A DNA stretch of 64,000 nt from an uncultured Bacteroidales bacterium (GTDB lineage: Bacteria; Bacteroidota; Bacteroidia; Bacteroidales; UBA932), in the NCBI GenBank assembly GCA_905235995.1, contig CAJONI010000052.1, positions 6,107 through 70,106 of the forward strand. The letters are read 5' to 3'. Numbering within the stretch: the first letter of the stretch is position 1; every line of letters begins with the position of its first letter. Shown here piece after piece: positions 1 through 8,487 of the stretch. The position numbers were made by a program, and so were the translations under genes. A model generated the notes under the pieces. It saw only the letters and a program-made list of their open reading frames with translations. It searched no databases and was not told the DNA's origin.

Positions 1-497
1 TGAACTACGGCACCGAACTCTGGTATGTCGACACCGACGGCTGCCTCGTCTGCGAGAGCGGACCCGACAAGGGCTACGGCTACTTTGCCACTGACAAATA
101 TTACAACGACTTCGACCTCTCGCTCGAGTTCATGCAGGAGGCCGACGGCAACTCAGGCGTGTTCATCCGCTCCACGGTCGAAGGCACGACGGTGCGCGGC
201 TGGCAGGTGGAGGTGGCGCCCAAGGGCAGCGACACGGGCGGCATCTACGAGTCCTACGGACGCGGCTGGCTGGTGCAGATTCCCGATGAGAAGGAGGAAA
301 TCCTGAAGGAAGGGGAGTGGAACACCCTGCGCATACTCTGCCAGGGCGACCGGGTGCAGACCTGGCTCAACGGTGAGCCCATGGTCGACCTCACCGACGA
401 AGCCATCGGCGCGGGCAACGGGCGCATTGCCCTGCAGATCCACGACGGCGGCGGGATCAAGGTCCGCTGGCGGAATCTGCACGTGAAGACGCTGTAG
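1..497 (+). CDS. DUF1080 / 3-keto-disaccharide hydrolase family protein (PF06439-like), C-terminal part; the 5' end lies outside the window
   Basis: Frame 3 is open from base 3 to the TAG at 495-497. The translation NYGTELWYVDTDGCLVCES...YYNDFDLSLEFMQEADGNSGVFIRS...NGRIALQIHDGGGIKVRWRNLHVKTL shows the typical DUF1080 pattern (FxLxxEF...GNSGxxxR ... GxIxLQxH...VxxRNxxxKxL). Confidence 0.8.
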   Translation, partial: NYGTELWYVDTDGCLVCESGPDKGYGYFATDKYYNDFDLSLEFMQEADGNSGVFIRSTVEGTTVRGWQVEVAPKGSDTGGIYESYGRGWLVQIPDEKEEILKEGEWNTLRILCQGDRVQTWLNGEPMVDLTDEAIGAGNGRIALQIHDGGGIKVRWRNLHVKTL

Positions 498-509
498 GGT
501 CTTTGGATC

Positions 510-1517
510 TTAGGCCTCGTTCCCGACCTTCCTGGCCCGTTTGGGCTTGTCGAGGTTGATGCCGTCGGCGCTGGCGATCTCAACGAGGACGTTCCAGCCT
601 GCGCAGAGGAACACGTAGGCCTGCAAGTCACCGGCTTCCGGAACCACCACGGTGGTGAAGGGAGTCGGTTTCGTGTCTATGGCCACCACGTGGACGTTGG
701 CGCCTGAGAACACTGCCTTGTATTTCTCGTATTCACTTTCGACGGGGGCGACCACGAACACTATGTCGCCGTCTTCCATCACCTCCTCGGGGCCGTGGAG
801 GGCGTAGGTGCCTTCGAGGAAGTCGCTCTTGCGGCGGGTGATCTCGTTGGTCTTGAGGGTGAGTTCCTCGGTCACTCCGTCGTTGAGGCCGGCGAAGTAG
901 ATGGTCCTGGCCTTGCGGGCCCAGTCGACCACTTCGGCGGGAATCCGGAGGGTGAGGGCCTCCTCGGCCTTGGCGGCGAGGGCGTCGAGTTCGGGGGCTA
1001 TGTCCTTGCCTGCGAGCTTCCAGATCACCGTCTCGAAGAGGAGGGTCTGTTCGACCACGCTCTTGGTGGCGGCGACGGCCTGTTCCCAGCCGCATTTGAG
1101 GACATGGGTCCTGATGCAGACTTCCTCTAGGGGAGTGCCGGGGTTGGCGGTCACGCCGAAAAATTCCTCATGGCCTTCGGCCTTGAGTTTCTTCGCCAGG
1201 GTGAGGGTTTCCTTGGTGCGGCCGGAGTTCGAATCGAGCAGCACGGTATAGCCTTTGAGGTCGTACTCGCAGGCCTGGTGGGAGCCTTCGGTATGGGCGA
1301 TGGTGGGGATGCCCCAGCGGAGGGCCTTGCGGATGGCGTTCTTTGCGGGCATGATACGGCTTGAGCCTTCACCGGAGAAGAGGATGTGTCCGGTCTTCCT
1401 TGCGGAGTCGACGATGAAGTCGGCGTCGGCGGGGTTGAACTTGCGGATGGTCTCCACCGTATCCATCATCTCCTGTACGAGATGATACTGTGCGTACTTT
1501 TGATCTTTGAGATTCAT
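510..1517 (-). CDS. SIS-domain sugar-phosphate isomerase/deaminase-like protein (GlmS-C / AgaS / FrlB-like)
   Basis: This is the 510-1616 ORF trimmed to the ATG at 1517 (MNLKDQKYAQYHL...), because the upstream extension runs through tRNA-Val. It has the two-lobed SIS pattern (ILFSGEGSSRIMPAKNA..., TIYFAGLNDGVTEELTLKTNE...). A TATCTTTG -7 box lies 22 nt upstream. Confidence 0.75.
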   Translation of the reverse strand: MNLKDQKYAQYHLVQEMMDTVETIRKFNPADADFIVDSARKTGHILFSGEGSSRIMPAKNAIRKALRWGIPTIAHTEGSHQACEYDLKGYTVLLDSNSGRTKETLTLAKKLKAEGHEEFFGVTANPGTPLEEVCIRTHVLKCGWEQAVAATKSVVEQTLLFETVIWKLAGKDIAPELDALAAKAEEALTLRIPAEVVDWARKARTIYFAGLNDGVTEELTLKTNEITRRKSDFLEGTYALHGPEEVMEDGDIVFVVAPVESEYEKYKAVFSGANVHVVAIDTKPTPFTTVVVPEAGDLQAYVFLCAGWNVLVEIASADGINLDKPKRARKVGNEA

Positions 1518-1539
1518 GTCGGATGAGCTTGTTTCGAAG

Positions 1540-1547
1540 CAAAGATA
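1540..1547 (-). promoter_or_regulatory. Candidate Bacteroidota -7 promoter box (TATCTTTG) for the SIS gene
   Basis: The reverse complement of caaagata is TATCTTTG, which matches the TAnnTTTG consensus. It lies 22 nt upstream of the ATG at 1517. Confidence 0.35.
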
Positions 1548-1548
1548 C

Positions 1549-1576
1549 AAAAAAAAGCCGAAGAACTCGGCTTTTT
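1549..1576 (-). terminator. Intrinsic terminator hairpin downstream of tRNA-Val, with a bidirectional look
   Basis: Stem gccga/tcggc (1557-1561 with 1567-1571) with a 5-nt loop. It is flanked by A8 (1549-1556, which is T8 on the minus strand) and T5 (1572-1576). Confidence 0.6.
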
Positions 1577-1580
1577 CGTG

Positions 1581-1655
1581 TAGGGACGATCGGATTCGAA
1601 CCGATGACCTCTTCAATGTGACTGAAGCGCTCTAAACCAGCTGAGCTACGCCCCT
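1581..1655 (-). tRNA. tRNA-Val (anticodon CAC)
   Basis: The reverse complement reads AGGGGCG-TA-GCTCAGCTGGTTTAGAGC-G-CTTCA-GTCACAT-TGAAG-AGGTC-ATCGG-TTCGAAT-CCGAT-CGTCCCT-A. This gives a full cloverleaf with a canonical D arm and T-loop. The anticodon loop is gT-CAC-at. No CCA is encoded. Confidence 0.8.
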
Positions 1656-1741
1656 GTCCGTTTCGGGACTGCAAAGATGAAAAAAAATCCGGCAACCGCC
1701 AAATTTTTTTAAGTCAAAGTCGCCATCAGGCGACCGCCGGA

Positions 1742-1807
1742 GGCCGGTACTTTTGCAGCAAATATTCGCACCTGCAGAGACCCTCGCATAGCAAAAGTAC
1801 TAAGGCC
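1742..1807. repeat. Imperfect palindrome/hairpin of about 66 nt in the tRNA-Gly / tRNA-Val spacer
   Basis: ggccggtacttttgc (1742-1756) pairs with gcaaaagtactaaggcc (1791-1807). There is a perfect 10-bp core gtacttttgc/gcaaaagtac plus a ggcc/ggcc extension across a small bulge. Further partial inner pairing is cgaata/tatgcg. Each arm carries TACTTTTG, a TAnnTTTG match, on opposite strands. Confidence 0.6.
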
Positions 1808-1847
1808 GGGAGGCGCGGGGTTTGGGGCGGAGCCCCAGTAAAACAGG

Positions 1848-1920
1848 AGCAGTAGACGAGTCTCGAACTCGCGACCTTCGGCTTGGGAAGCCAACGCTCT
1901 ACCAACTGAGCTACTACTGC
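1848..1920 (-). tRNA. tRNA-Gly (anticodon CCC)
   Basis: The reverse complement reads GCAGTAG-TA-GCTCAGTTGGTAGAGC-G-TTGGC-TTCCCAA-GCCGA-AGGTC-GCGAG-TTCGAGA-CTCGT-CTACTGC-T. The acceptor stem is a perfect 7 bp. The discriminator is U73, as is typical for Gly. The anticodon loop is tT-CCC-aa. Confidence 0.85.
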
Positions 1921-1924
1921 AAGT

Positions 1925-1971
1925 GCCCGCAAAGGTAGCGATATTTTTTAAATCGCCAAGCCCTTGCGGGC
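1925..1971 (-). terminator. Stem-loop between the stop of the AP/PA14 gene and tRNA-Gly; possible terminator or insulator
   Basis: gcccgcaaagg (1925-1935) pairs with cccttgcgggc (1961-1971) with one mismatch. An inner gcgat/atcgc stem (1938-1942 with 1952-1956) surrounds an A/T loop. No clear U-tract follows on the minus strand. Confidence 0.35.
1930..1937 (-). promoter_or_regulatory. Candidate -7 promoter box (TACCTTTG) for tRNA-Gly
   Basis: The reverse complement of caaaggta is TACCTTTG, a TAnnTTTG match. It ends 9 nt upstream of the mature tRNA 5' end at 1920. Confidence 0.45.
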
Positions 1972-1983
1972 ATAAGTCAACGG

Positions 1984-3540
1984 CTATTCGTGGAAGAGCA
2001 TGCTGGCCGGCAGGTTGTCCACCAGGATGCCGGGCCCTTCGAGCCCCACCTCGATGCTGTCGTCGCCGTAGTTCTCGAAATAGTCGGCCTTGATGCGGTG
2101 GTATCCCTTGGCAAGGTTGACCCAGGCATCGCTGATGCCGCCGCCGTCGCGGTCGACGTCGCATATCAGCTGTCCGTCGATCCAGAGCCTGGCTCCGTCG
2201 TCGGAAGAGAAGGAAAGCAGGTAGAGTCCGTCCTGGTCTATCTTGAGCAGGCCTTCGAACTGGAAGCCGAAGTGGTCCTCACGCATCTTCCTCGCCGTGG
2301 AGAATGTCGAAGAGAGGCCGCGGGCCTTGACCGGCGCCGCGACTACCTCGGCAGTGCTCATGAAATCGCCTTCTTTGTAGGCGTAACGGATACCCTGGCC
2401 CTTGGGCGAGACATTCACGGCCTCGAACCTGGGAGCCGTGGAAGCATCGGGACGGCCGTCGCCGCCGTACCATTCGGGGTCGTAGGGCTCGCACTTCTCG
2501 CCGTTGCCGGGCGTGAAGTCAACCCCGGTGAGAGAGGCTATCATGGCCGCCATCTGCTTGTTGTAGTAAGGGCCGTTGTGCTTCGTCTCGCCCATTGCCG
2601 GCATGCCCGCTCCGAAAGCGAAGAGGAAGGTCTCCTCGGAGCCGCGGAGGTTGGCGCCGTGGCCCGTGTAGTTTTCGCCGCGTCCACGCCCGTGGTCGGT
2701 CGACACTAGATAGGTGGTCTTTCCTTTGTAGAAGGGATCGCTCTCGCAGTATTCCACTATGTCGCGGATGAACCTGTCGGTCTCAAGGGTGATGTCGAGA
2801 TAACGGTCGTAGCGGCGGTCGTGCCCGAACTCGTCGGTGTCGCCCAGGCCCACGTAGAACACCTTCGGATGGTCTTTCTTCAGGGTCTCCATGGCGTAGG
2901 CCATCGTGAAGGCGTCGTAGCGTTCTTCGCCCCAGATCTTCGGCATCGCTTCCTGCATGCGGTCGATCACCTTCGTGGTCGGGGTGTCGGAGAGGCCCGG
3001 CTCATACTTGGCGCTGCCCGGGAAGCCCCCGCGTTCGTTGTTGACCGCGTAGCGTATCGACTCCCAGGAGGCGTACATCATCACCCTGCCCTTGTAGCGC
3101 GGGTCCTGGTTGACCACTTCCAGCACGCTGACGTTGGGATTGCCCACCGGGTCGTTGTTGTTGACCTTCTCATCCACGAAGCCGCAGAAGAGCTCGCTGT
3201 AGCCAGGGTAGGAGAAACGGTAGGGGTTTGCCACCTGCACACGGCTCTCCAGGTTGCGGTTGCCCAGGACGTAGCCGTGCTCAGGCACGTAGCTCCAGAG
3301 GAAGGGGAGGAGCGCCTCGCGCCTTTCTTCGGGCGTATCGCGCCAGAACTTCGCCTTGGTGGCGGGAATGTCGCGCACGTGCGCGGGATTGTTTATAAGT
3401 GCTTCGTCGGCGCCGGTGAAGACTTCCTGCCAGCGCAGGCCGTCGAGCGTGATGACGATGACTTTCCTGTCATTGTCCCTGCTGCAGGAAGCAAGGCACA
3501 AAAGTGCCGTGCAGAATGCAAATAAAATGGTTTTCTTCAT
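1984..3540 (-). CDS. Lipoprotein: alkaline-phosphatase-superfamily phosphoesterase with a C-terminal PA14 domain
   Basis: The ORF is trimmed to the ATG at 3540 (MKKTILFAFCTALLCLASCSRD, a lipobox). AP-superfamily metal-site blocks are VIVITLDGLRWQEVF, LGDTDEFGHDRRY and LVSTDHGRG. The C-terminal 135 aa or so (about 1987-2395) is PA14-like (HFGFQFEGLLKIDQDGLYLLSFSSDDGARLWIDGQLI...YFENYGDDSIEVGLEGPG). It is transcribed divergently from susC. Confidence 0.8.
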   Translation of the reverse strand: MKKTILFAFCTALLCLASCSRDNDRKVIVITLDGLRWQEVFTGADEALINNPAHVRDIPATKAKFWRDTPEERREALLPFLWSYVPEHGYVLGNRNLESRVQVANPYRFSYPGYSELFCGFVDEKVNNNDPVGNPNVSVLEVVNQDPRYKGRVMMYASWESIRYAVNNERGGFPGSAKYEPGLSDTPTTKVIDRMQEAMPKIWGEERYDAFTMAYAMETLKKDHPKVFYVGLGDTDEFGHDRRYDRYLDITLETDRFIRDIVEYCESDPFYKGKTTYLVSTDHGRGRGENYTGHGANLRGSEETFLFAFGAGMPAMGETKHNGPYYNKQMAAMIASLTGVDFTPGNGEKCEPYDPEWYGGDGRPDASTAPRFEAVNVSPKGQGIRYAYKEGDFMSTAEVVAAPVKARGLSSTFSTARKMREDHFGFQFEGLLKIDQDGLYLLSFSSDDGARLWIDGQLICDVDRDGGGISDAWVNLAKGYHRIKADYFENYGDDSIEVGLEGPGILVDNLPASMLFHE

Positions 3541-3587
3541 GATTGAACCTGAACTAAATATTGCTTGCAAATGTATCAAAATTGTTG

Positions 3588-3595
3588 TAAATTTG
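3588..3595 (+). promoter_or_regulatory. Candidate -7 promoter box (TAAATTTG) upstream of the susC-like gene
   Basis: TAAATTTG matches TAnnTTTG. It sits in the 93-bp A/T-rich divergent intergenic region, 38 nt upstream of the ATG at 3634. Confidence 0.35.
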
Positions 3596-3633
3596 TTTAA
3601 ATGTTTGCCTTTTTAAGGCGGCATTGAGTAGCT

Positions 3634-6600
3634 ATGAAAACCTACAAACTTTTTACTCTATTACCTAACATTATGATTTCCAAAAAACTGTTTGGATTGC
3701 TCGCCGCACTGGTGTGCCTGGCGATGCCGTTCGGGGCTTCGGCCCAGAACGTGACAGTGCGCGGAACCGTAACCGACGCAGTCGGCCCCGTGGTAGGAGC
3801 CGTAGTGATGTCGGGCGACGCGCATGCTATCACAGACGCTGATGGTGCTTATACCATCACCGTTCCGTCCAATGCGGTCCTCGAAGTCACCTGCATTGGC
3901 TACAAGACCCAGGAGGCCCAGGTTGCCGGACGTGCGGTAATCAACTTCATCCTGGCCGAAGACGTCGAAATGCTGGGCGAGTCAGTCGTCCTGGGTTACG
4001 GCGCCCAGACGAAGAAAAAGGACCTGTCCGCTTCCGTGGGTATCGTTGGTGATCCCGACAAGATTGCCGAACGTCCGGTCCAGTCTATCACCCACATGCT
4101 GCAGGGCCAGATCCCTGGTGTCGTCGTTTCCAACAACGGCGGTAACCCCAACAGCGGCGCCAGCCTGCTCATCCGTGGTCAGGGATCCCGCAACGGTGAC
4201 TCCGTGCTGTGGGTTGTGGACGGTGTCCCCGGTGCTTCCGTCTATTCCATGAATGACATCGAGAGCATAGTCGTCCTCAAGGACGCTGCTTCCGCTGCTA
4301 TCTATGGTGCAACCTCCGGTGCTGGCGGTGTAATCCTGGTAACCACCAAGAAGGCCAACAAGGGTATCCATGTGGAATACGATGTGGTAGCGGGTGTCCG
4401 CGCCGCCTCCAATCTTCCGGAGCCCCTCACCGCCGAGGAAGAGATACTGATGAAGACCATCTCCCACCAGAACGCCGGTCTTTCCCTGCCTACCGGTTGG
4501 GATACCACCATCAACCCCTGGGTGGGTGTGCAGCGCACCAACTGGATGGATGAAGTGTTCCGTACAGCTCCTTATCAGCGCCACTCCGTCACCCTCAACT
4601 ACGGTACGGACGTGTTCAAGAGCCGTCTCACCTTCTCCTATCAGGACAACCAGGGTGTTCTGAACAACACGTACAAAAAGAATCTGGCCGTCCGTTTCAA
4701 CGGTGAATACCAGATGAACAAGTGGCTCAAGATTACGGAGGTATTATCCTACGACGACGGTTTCGGCCGTTCCGTGGACGATAGCTCGGCCCACACCGGT
4801 GTCCTGCTCTCCGCACTTTGGATGCCGCCGTCCGCCGAGGCTTATGCATCGGCCGGACCTTACGCCGGCTCTTTTGGCGGTACTACCACCGAGGATCCTG
4901 AATACATTGCCAAGTACGGTTCCAACTTCGCCGATATCCACGGTGACGTGGTGAACCCTCTCCGTATGCTGTATGCCAGCACCCAGTGGGGCCACAACGT
5001 GGATTTCTGGAATACCACCGGTATTCACATCACGCCGGTCAAGGGCCTCAAGATATCCAGCGTCTTCTCCATGGATATCAACAATGCCAACTCCAAGAGC
5101 TTCAGCCCCGCCCGTCGCGAGGTAGGTAAGCCCGATATCTCCAATGGCCTCAGCCTGAGTGCTTCCCGCGCTTTCAAGTGGCGCAGTGAAAGCACCGTCA
5201 CCTATGACCGTACCTTTGGTAAGCACACGGTGGGAGCCCTGGCCGCTTTCACCATGGACCACTGGGAGAGGCGGGGTTTTGGCGGCAGTGCTTCCGGATT
5301 TGAGAACGAAGACGAAAACTATCAGTTCCTCAAGTTCTCCACCACCACCAACTTCAACAGCGACTATTTCGACGGCCCGGACCGCAACATCGCTTTCGTG
5401 GCCCGTGCTTCCTACAGCTACGACGACCGTTACTTCGTCACTGCCTCCTGGCGTCGTGACTATGCCGGCCGTCTGCCCAACGACCACAACTCCGGTGACT
5501 TCCCGGCCGTGACCGGTGCCTGGAAGGCTTCCAGCGAACCGTTCTTCCCCAAGAACGACGTCGTGAACCTCCTCAAGGTCCGTGCTTCCTGGGGTCGTGT
5601 AGGTAACCTGGGCTCCATCGGCATGAACTATAAGTCCAACACCCTGAGCAGCAGCAACTGGAACGAGGCCCCCAACTACGGTATCGATAAAGGCACCGTC
5701 TTCGGAACCTTCTGGTATGCAGCCAACTCCATCAATAATGCGCTGACCTGGGAAACTTCCGAACAGTTCGACGCCGGTATCGATATGGATATGTTCACCG
5801 ACCGCCTGTCCATGTCGGTGGACTACTATAACAAGCGTACCTTCAACCTCATCCAGGACCAGACCATGGGTTGGCCTGTGACCATCGGCCGTAACCCCAT
5901 GAAGGTGAACCAGGGTGAGATCAACAACTCCGGTGTGGAAATCCTGGTGAACTGGAAAGACAGGGTCGGCAAGGATTTCAACTACTATGTGAGCGCTAAC
6001 TTCGCCTACAACAAGAACGTTGTGGTCTCTACCGGTTTGCTGGACGACCAGGGCAATCCTGGCAAGTGGACCGGTGGCGGTGACTGGGGTGGCGTGCCGT
6101 GGCTCTATCAGAGCGAACCCGGCCAGCCGCTGAACTCCTTCTTCGTGATCAAGACCGCCGGCATCTTCCAGAGCGTCGAGGATATCTATGACCACCAGAA
6201 GGACGGCAAGCTCATCCAGCCCAACGCCCAGCCCGGTGACCTCAAGTTCATTGACTTCAACAACGATGGAAAGATCGATACCAACGACCGTCAGTATGTA
6301 GGCTCCGCCATGCCTAAGCAGACCTTCGCATTCAGCGGCGGTTTCAACTGGAAAGGCTTCTATGCAGACATCATGTTCCAGGGCGTAGCCGGCAACAAGA
6401 TTGCATATGTGGGTAAGTCCCGTATCCTCTCCGACGTGGAAGGCAACTTCTCCCGTGCCAAGGAAATCTTCAATTCCTGGAGCCCCGAGAACCCGCACAC
6501 CTATCTGCCTCGCCTTTCCACCAACGACCCGAACGGCAACTACTCCCAGCCCTCCGATTTCTATATCGAGGATGGCAGTTATCTGCGTCTGAAGAACTTC

Positions 6601-6804
6601 ACCATCGGTTACGACTTTACGAGCCTCCTCCAGAAGCTCCCTCATTTCGCGCAGCGCGCCAGCACTTGCCGCGTTTACTTCTCCGGTGAGAATCTCCTTA
6701 CTTTCACCAAGTACTCCGGCATGGATCCGGAAGTGGGCGGCTACGATACTATCAAGTATCCTGTTTCCCGTATTTTCACCATTGGTGTGAAGATCAACTA
6801 TTAA
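3634..6804 (+). CDS. SusC/RagA-family TonB-dependent outer-membrane transporter
   Basis: There is a signal peptide; an alternative start MISKKLFGLL lies at 3673. A CarboxypepD_reg-like domain follows it directly (NVTVRGTVTDAVGPVVGAVVM), with no STN domain. Also present are a TonB-box/plug region (ESVVLGYGAQTKKKDLSASVG...LLIRGQGS), a long beta-barrel and a C-terminal aromatic residue (...IGVKINY). The gene is immediately followed by a SusD-like gene. Confidence 0.93.
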   Translation: MKTYKLFTLLPNIMISKKLFGLLAALVCLAMPFGASAQNVTVRGTVTDAVGPVVGAVVMSGDAHAITDADGAYTITVPSNAVLEVTCIGYKTQEAQVAGRAVINFILAEDVEMLGESVVLGYGAQTKKKDLSASVGIVGDPDKIAERPVQSITHMLQGQIPGVVVSNNGGNPNSGASLLIRGQGSRNGDSVLWVVDGVPGASVYSMNDIESIVVLKDAASAAIYGATSGAGGVILVTTKKANKGIHVEYDVVAGVRAASNLPEPLTAEEEILMKTISHQNAGLSLPTGWDTTINPWVGVQRTNWMDEVFRTAPYQRHSVTLNYGTDVFKSRLTFSYQDNQGVLNNTYKKNLAVRFNGEYQMNKWLKITEVLSYDDGFGRSVDDSSAHTGVLLSALWMPPSAEAYASAGPYAGSFGGTTTEDPEYIAKYGSNFADIHGDVVNPLRMLYASTQWGHNVDFWNTTGIHITPVKGLKISSVFSMDINNANSKSFSPARREVGKPDISNGLSLSASRAFKWRSESTVTYDRTFGKHTVGALAAFTMDHWERRGFGGSASGFENEDENYQFLKFSTTTNFNSDYFDGPDRNIAFVARASYSYDDRYFVTASWRRDYAGRLPNDHNSGDFPAVTGAWKASSEPFFPKNDVVNLLKVRASWGRVGNLGSIGMNYKSNTLSSSNWNEAPNYGIDKGTVFGTFWYAANSINNALTWETSEQFDAGIDMDMFTDRLSMSVDYYNKRTFNLIQDQTMGWPVTIGRNPMKVNQGEINNSGVEILVNWKDRVGKDFNYYVSANFAYNKNVVVSTGLLDDQGNPGKWTGGGDWGGVPWLYQSEPGQPLNSFFVIKTAGIFQSVEDIYDHQKDGKLIQPNAQPGDLKFIDFNNDGKIDTNDRQYVGSAMPKQTFAFSGGFNWKGFYADIMFQGVAGNKIAYVGKSRILSDVEGNFSRAKEIFNSWSPENPHTYLPRLSTNDPNGNYSQPSDFYIEDGSYLRLKNFTIGYDFTSLLQKLPHFAQRASTCRVYFSGENLLTFTKYSGMDPEVGGYDTIKYPVSRIFTIGVKINY

Positions 6805-6817
6805 TCTGACTGTGCAT

Positions 6818-8479
6818 ATGAAAAAGTATATTTCTATTGCTATTGCAGCCCTTTGCGCTCTCAGCTTCTCTTCCTGCAGCAATTTCCTGGATTATACATC
6901 CAAGGGTTTCTATACTGAGGATACGTTCTTCCAGAATGACCAGCAGGCCATGGATGCTGTCAAGAGCATCTATGCCCGTCTTCCTCAGGAAAGCCTGATG
7001 GGCCGCGAACTCTATTGGGAGCAGGCGGTTGCCTGTGACATCGTGTGGGGTAAGACCCGTTCCTTCAATACTATCGCCACCTACGAATACACCGGTGACG
7101 AGAGTGTGATTGTGGGAGTTTTCAAGAACTGCTACAATGAAGGCATGAACCGTTGCAACTGGATCATCAACAGCCTTCTCAAGAAGCAGGAGACTACTCC
7201 TCTTACCGCTATTGAAACCCGCAGTCTGGGTGAAGCATACTTTATGCGCGCCCATTACCACTTCATCATCGCCTACCGTTATGGTACCGACAAGCTGGGC
7301 GTTCCCTTCGTGGCCTACGAAGATGTGGAAGGTGGTTACAACAATGAGATTCCTCCGCAGTTGCCCACCGTCATGGACAACTATGCGTATATCGTGTCCG
7401 ACCTCAAGAAAGCCGAAGAGCTTCTGCCGCGTGTAGTTGACTACAGTGACGACGACAAGGGTCGTGCATGCAAGGAAAGCGCCGCTGCCATGATGGCCAA
7501 GGCTTATGCCTACTGGGCCACCTGGGACAAGAGTCAGTGGCCTAACGTGATCACCTGTGTGGACAGGCTGGAGAACAGCTACGGCCGTGCCCTGCACCCG
7601 GTGTTTACCGACCTCTTCGCCCCCGATGTGAGCAAGTTCTTCACCAATGAGTACTGCTGGGGTTATCCTTCCCGTGGCGGTACAGCCAAGGGCGGCTCTG
7701 TCGAGTTCCCGGGCATCTCCCTGGAAGACAAGGGATGGGGTAAGTACAACGGCTGGGGCCAGTTCAAGCCCACCCTGGATATCTACGAAGAAATGGCGAA
7801 GGACAATGTTGACGGTGTGAAGAACGAACGTCTTGCCGCAACCATCCTGGAATATGGCGACGAGTTCGAATTCTTCGGAGAGACCCGCAGGTTCTGGTCG
7901 GCTGTGAACGTGGAAGCCGGTTTCCAGATCTACAAGTTCCTGCAGCCGTTCGCTCCGGCCGACTGTCAGGAAAGAGGCTGGGTCCTGAACAACCCCGACT
8001 GGCCTTGCACCCTCATCAACTGGCCCATCGTCCGCTTCGCCGACTGCTTGCTCCTCCGCGCCGAGGCCAATCTCGTTGCCGGTAACGGAGCCGCTGCCGC
8101 TGCGGACATCAACAAGATCCGCCTGCGTTCCCATCTGCAGCCCCTGCCCGGCGCTATCGCCACCTGGACCGACCTCTATCACGAGCGTCGCTGCGAACTG
8201 GCCTTCGAGATGGCCAACGACCACGCCTATGACTGCAAGCGCTGGGCCTATTCCGGTGCACCCGAGATCAAGGCTCTTGCAGAAAAAGAACTGAATTCCC
8301 GTCCCCGCATCCGTAAATACGAAGACCGTATGGATCCCGATTCTCCTTGGGTAGAGGCTCTCTATGAGGACTATGTGAACAAGCTGCCTTGGAATGTCAA
8401 GTACATGACCTTCCCTTATCCTTCCGAACAGATCAACAAGTCTGCCGGCATGCTTCAGAACCCTCCGTCCTGGCAGTAA
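6818..8479 (+). CDS. SusD/RagB-family nutrient-binding outer-membrane lipoprotein
   Basis: The ATG is at 6818; the ORF-track start at 6812 is a GTG. The lipobox is MKKYISIAIAALCALSFSSCSN. SusD-type TPR-like helices are present (GEAYFMRAHYHFIIAYRYG, ADCLLLRAEANLVAG, LYHERRCELAFEM). It lies 13 nt after the susC stop. Confidence 0.9.
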   Translation: MKKYISIAIAALCALSFSSCSNFLDYTSKGFYTEDTFFQNDQQAMDAVKSIYARLPQESLMGRELYWEQAVACDIVWGKTRSFNTIATYEYTGDESVIVGVFKNCYNEGMNRCNWIINSLLKKQETTPLTAIETRSLGEAYFMRAHYHFIIAYRYGTDKLGVPFVAYEDVEGGYNNEIPPQLPTVMDNYAYIVSDLKKAEELLPRVVDYSDDDKGRACKESAAAMMAKAYAYWATWDKSQWPNVITCVDRLENSYGRALHPVFTDLFAPDVSKFFTNEYCWGYPSRGGTAKGGSVEFPGISLEDKGWGKYNGWGQFKPTLDIYEEMAKDNVDGVKNERLAATILEYGDEFEFFGETRRFWSAVNVEAGFQIYKFLQPFAPADCQERGWVLNNPDWPCTLINWPIVRFADCLLLRAEANLVAGNGAAAAADINKIRLRSHLQPLPGAIATWTDLYHERRCELAFEMANDHAYDCKRWAYSGAPEIKALAEKELNSRPRIRKYEDRMDPDSPWVEALYEDYVNKLPWNVKYMTFPYPSEQINKSAGMLQNPPSWQ

Positions 8480-8487
8480 ACCTTTAA

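Noticed and set aside
1518-1616. The N-terminal extension of the 510-1616 ORF (MKRSSVRIRSSLHEKAEFFGFFLYLCFETSSSD)
   Set aside because: It runs through the tRNA-Val gene and its terminator hairpin. The internal ATG at 1517 gives a normal SIS-protein N-terminus with a -7 box upstream.
1709-2164. ORFs 1709-2164 and 1726-1932 (minus strand) in the tRNA region
   Set aside because: They overlap tRNA-Gly, the spacer hairpins and the 3' end of the AP/PA14 gene. They show no protein-like features.
3585-3594. A shared 10-mer, TTGTAAATTT, upstream of susC (3585-3594) and upstream of GH92a (15819-15828), considered as a common operator or promoter
   Set aside because: The spacing to the start codon is very different (40 nt versus 7 nt). 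Both sites lie in A/T-rich start-proximal DNA, where such a match is not surprising. Two copies are not enough to call a motif.
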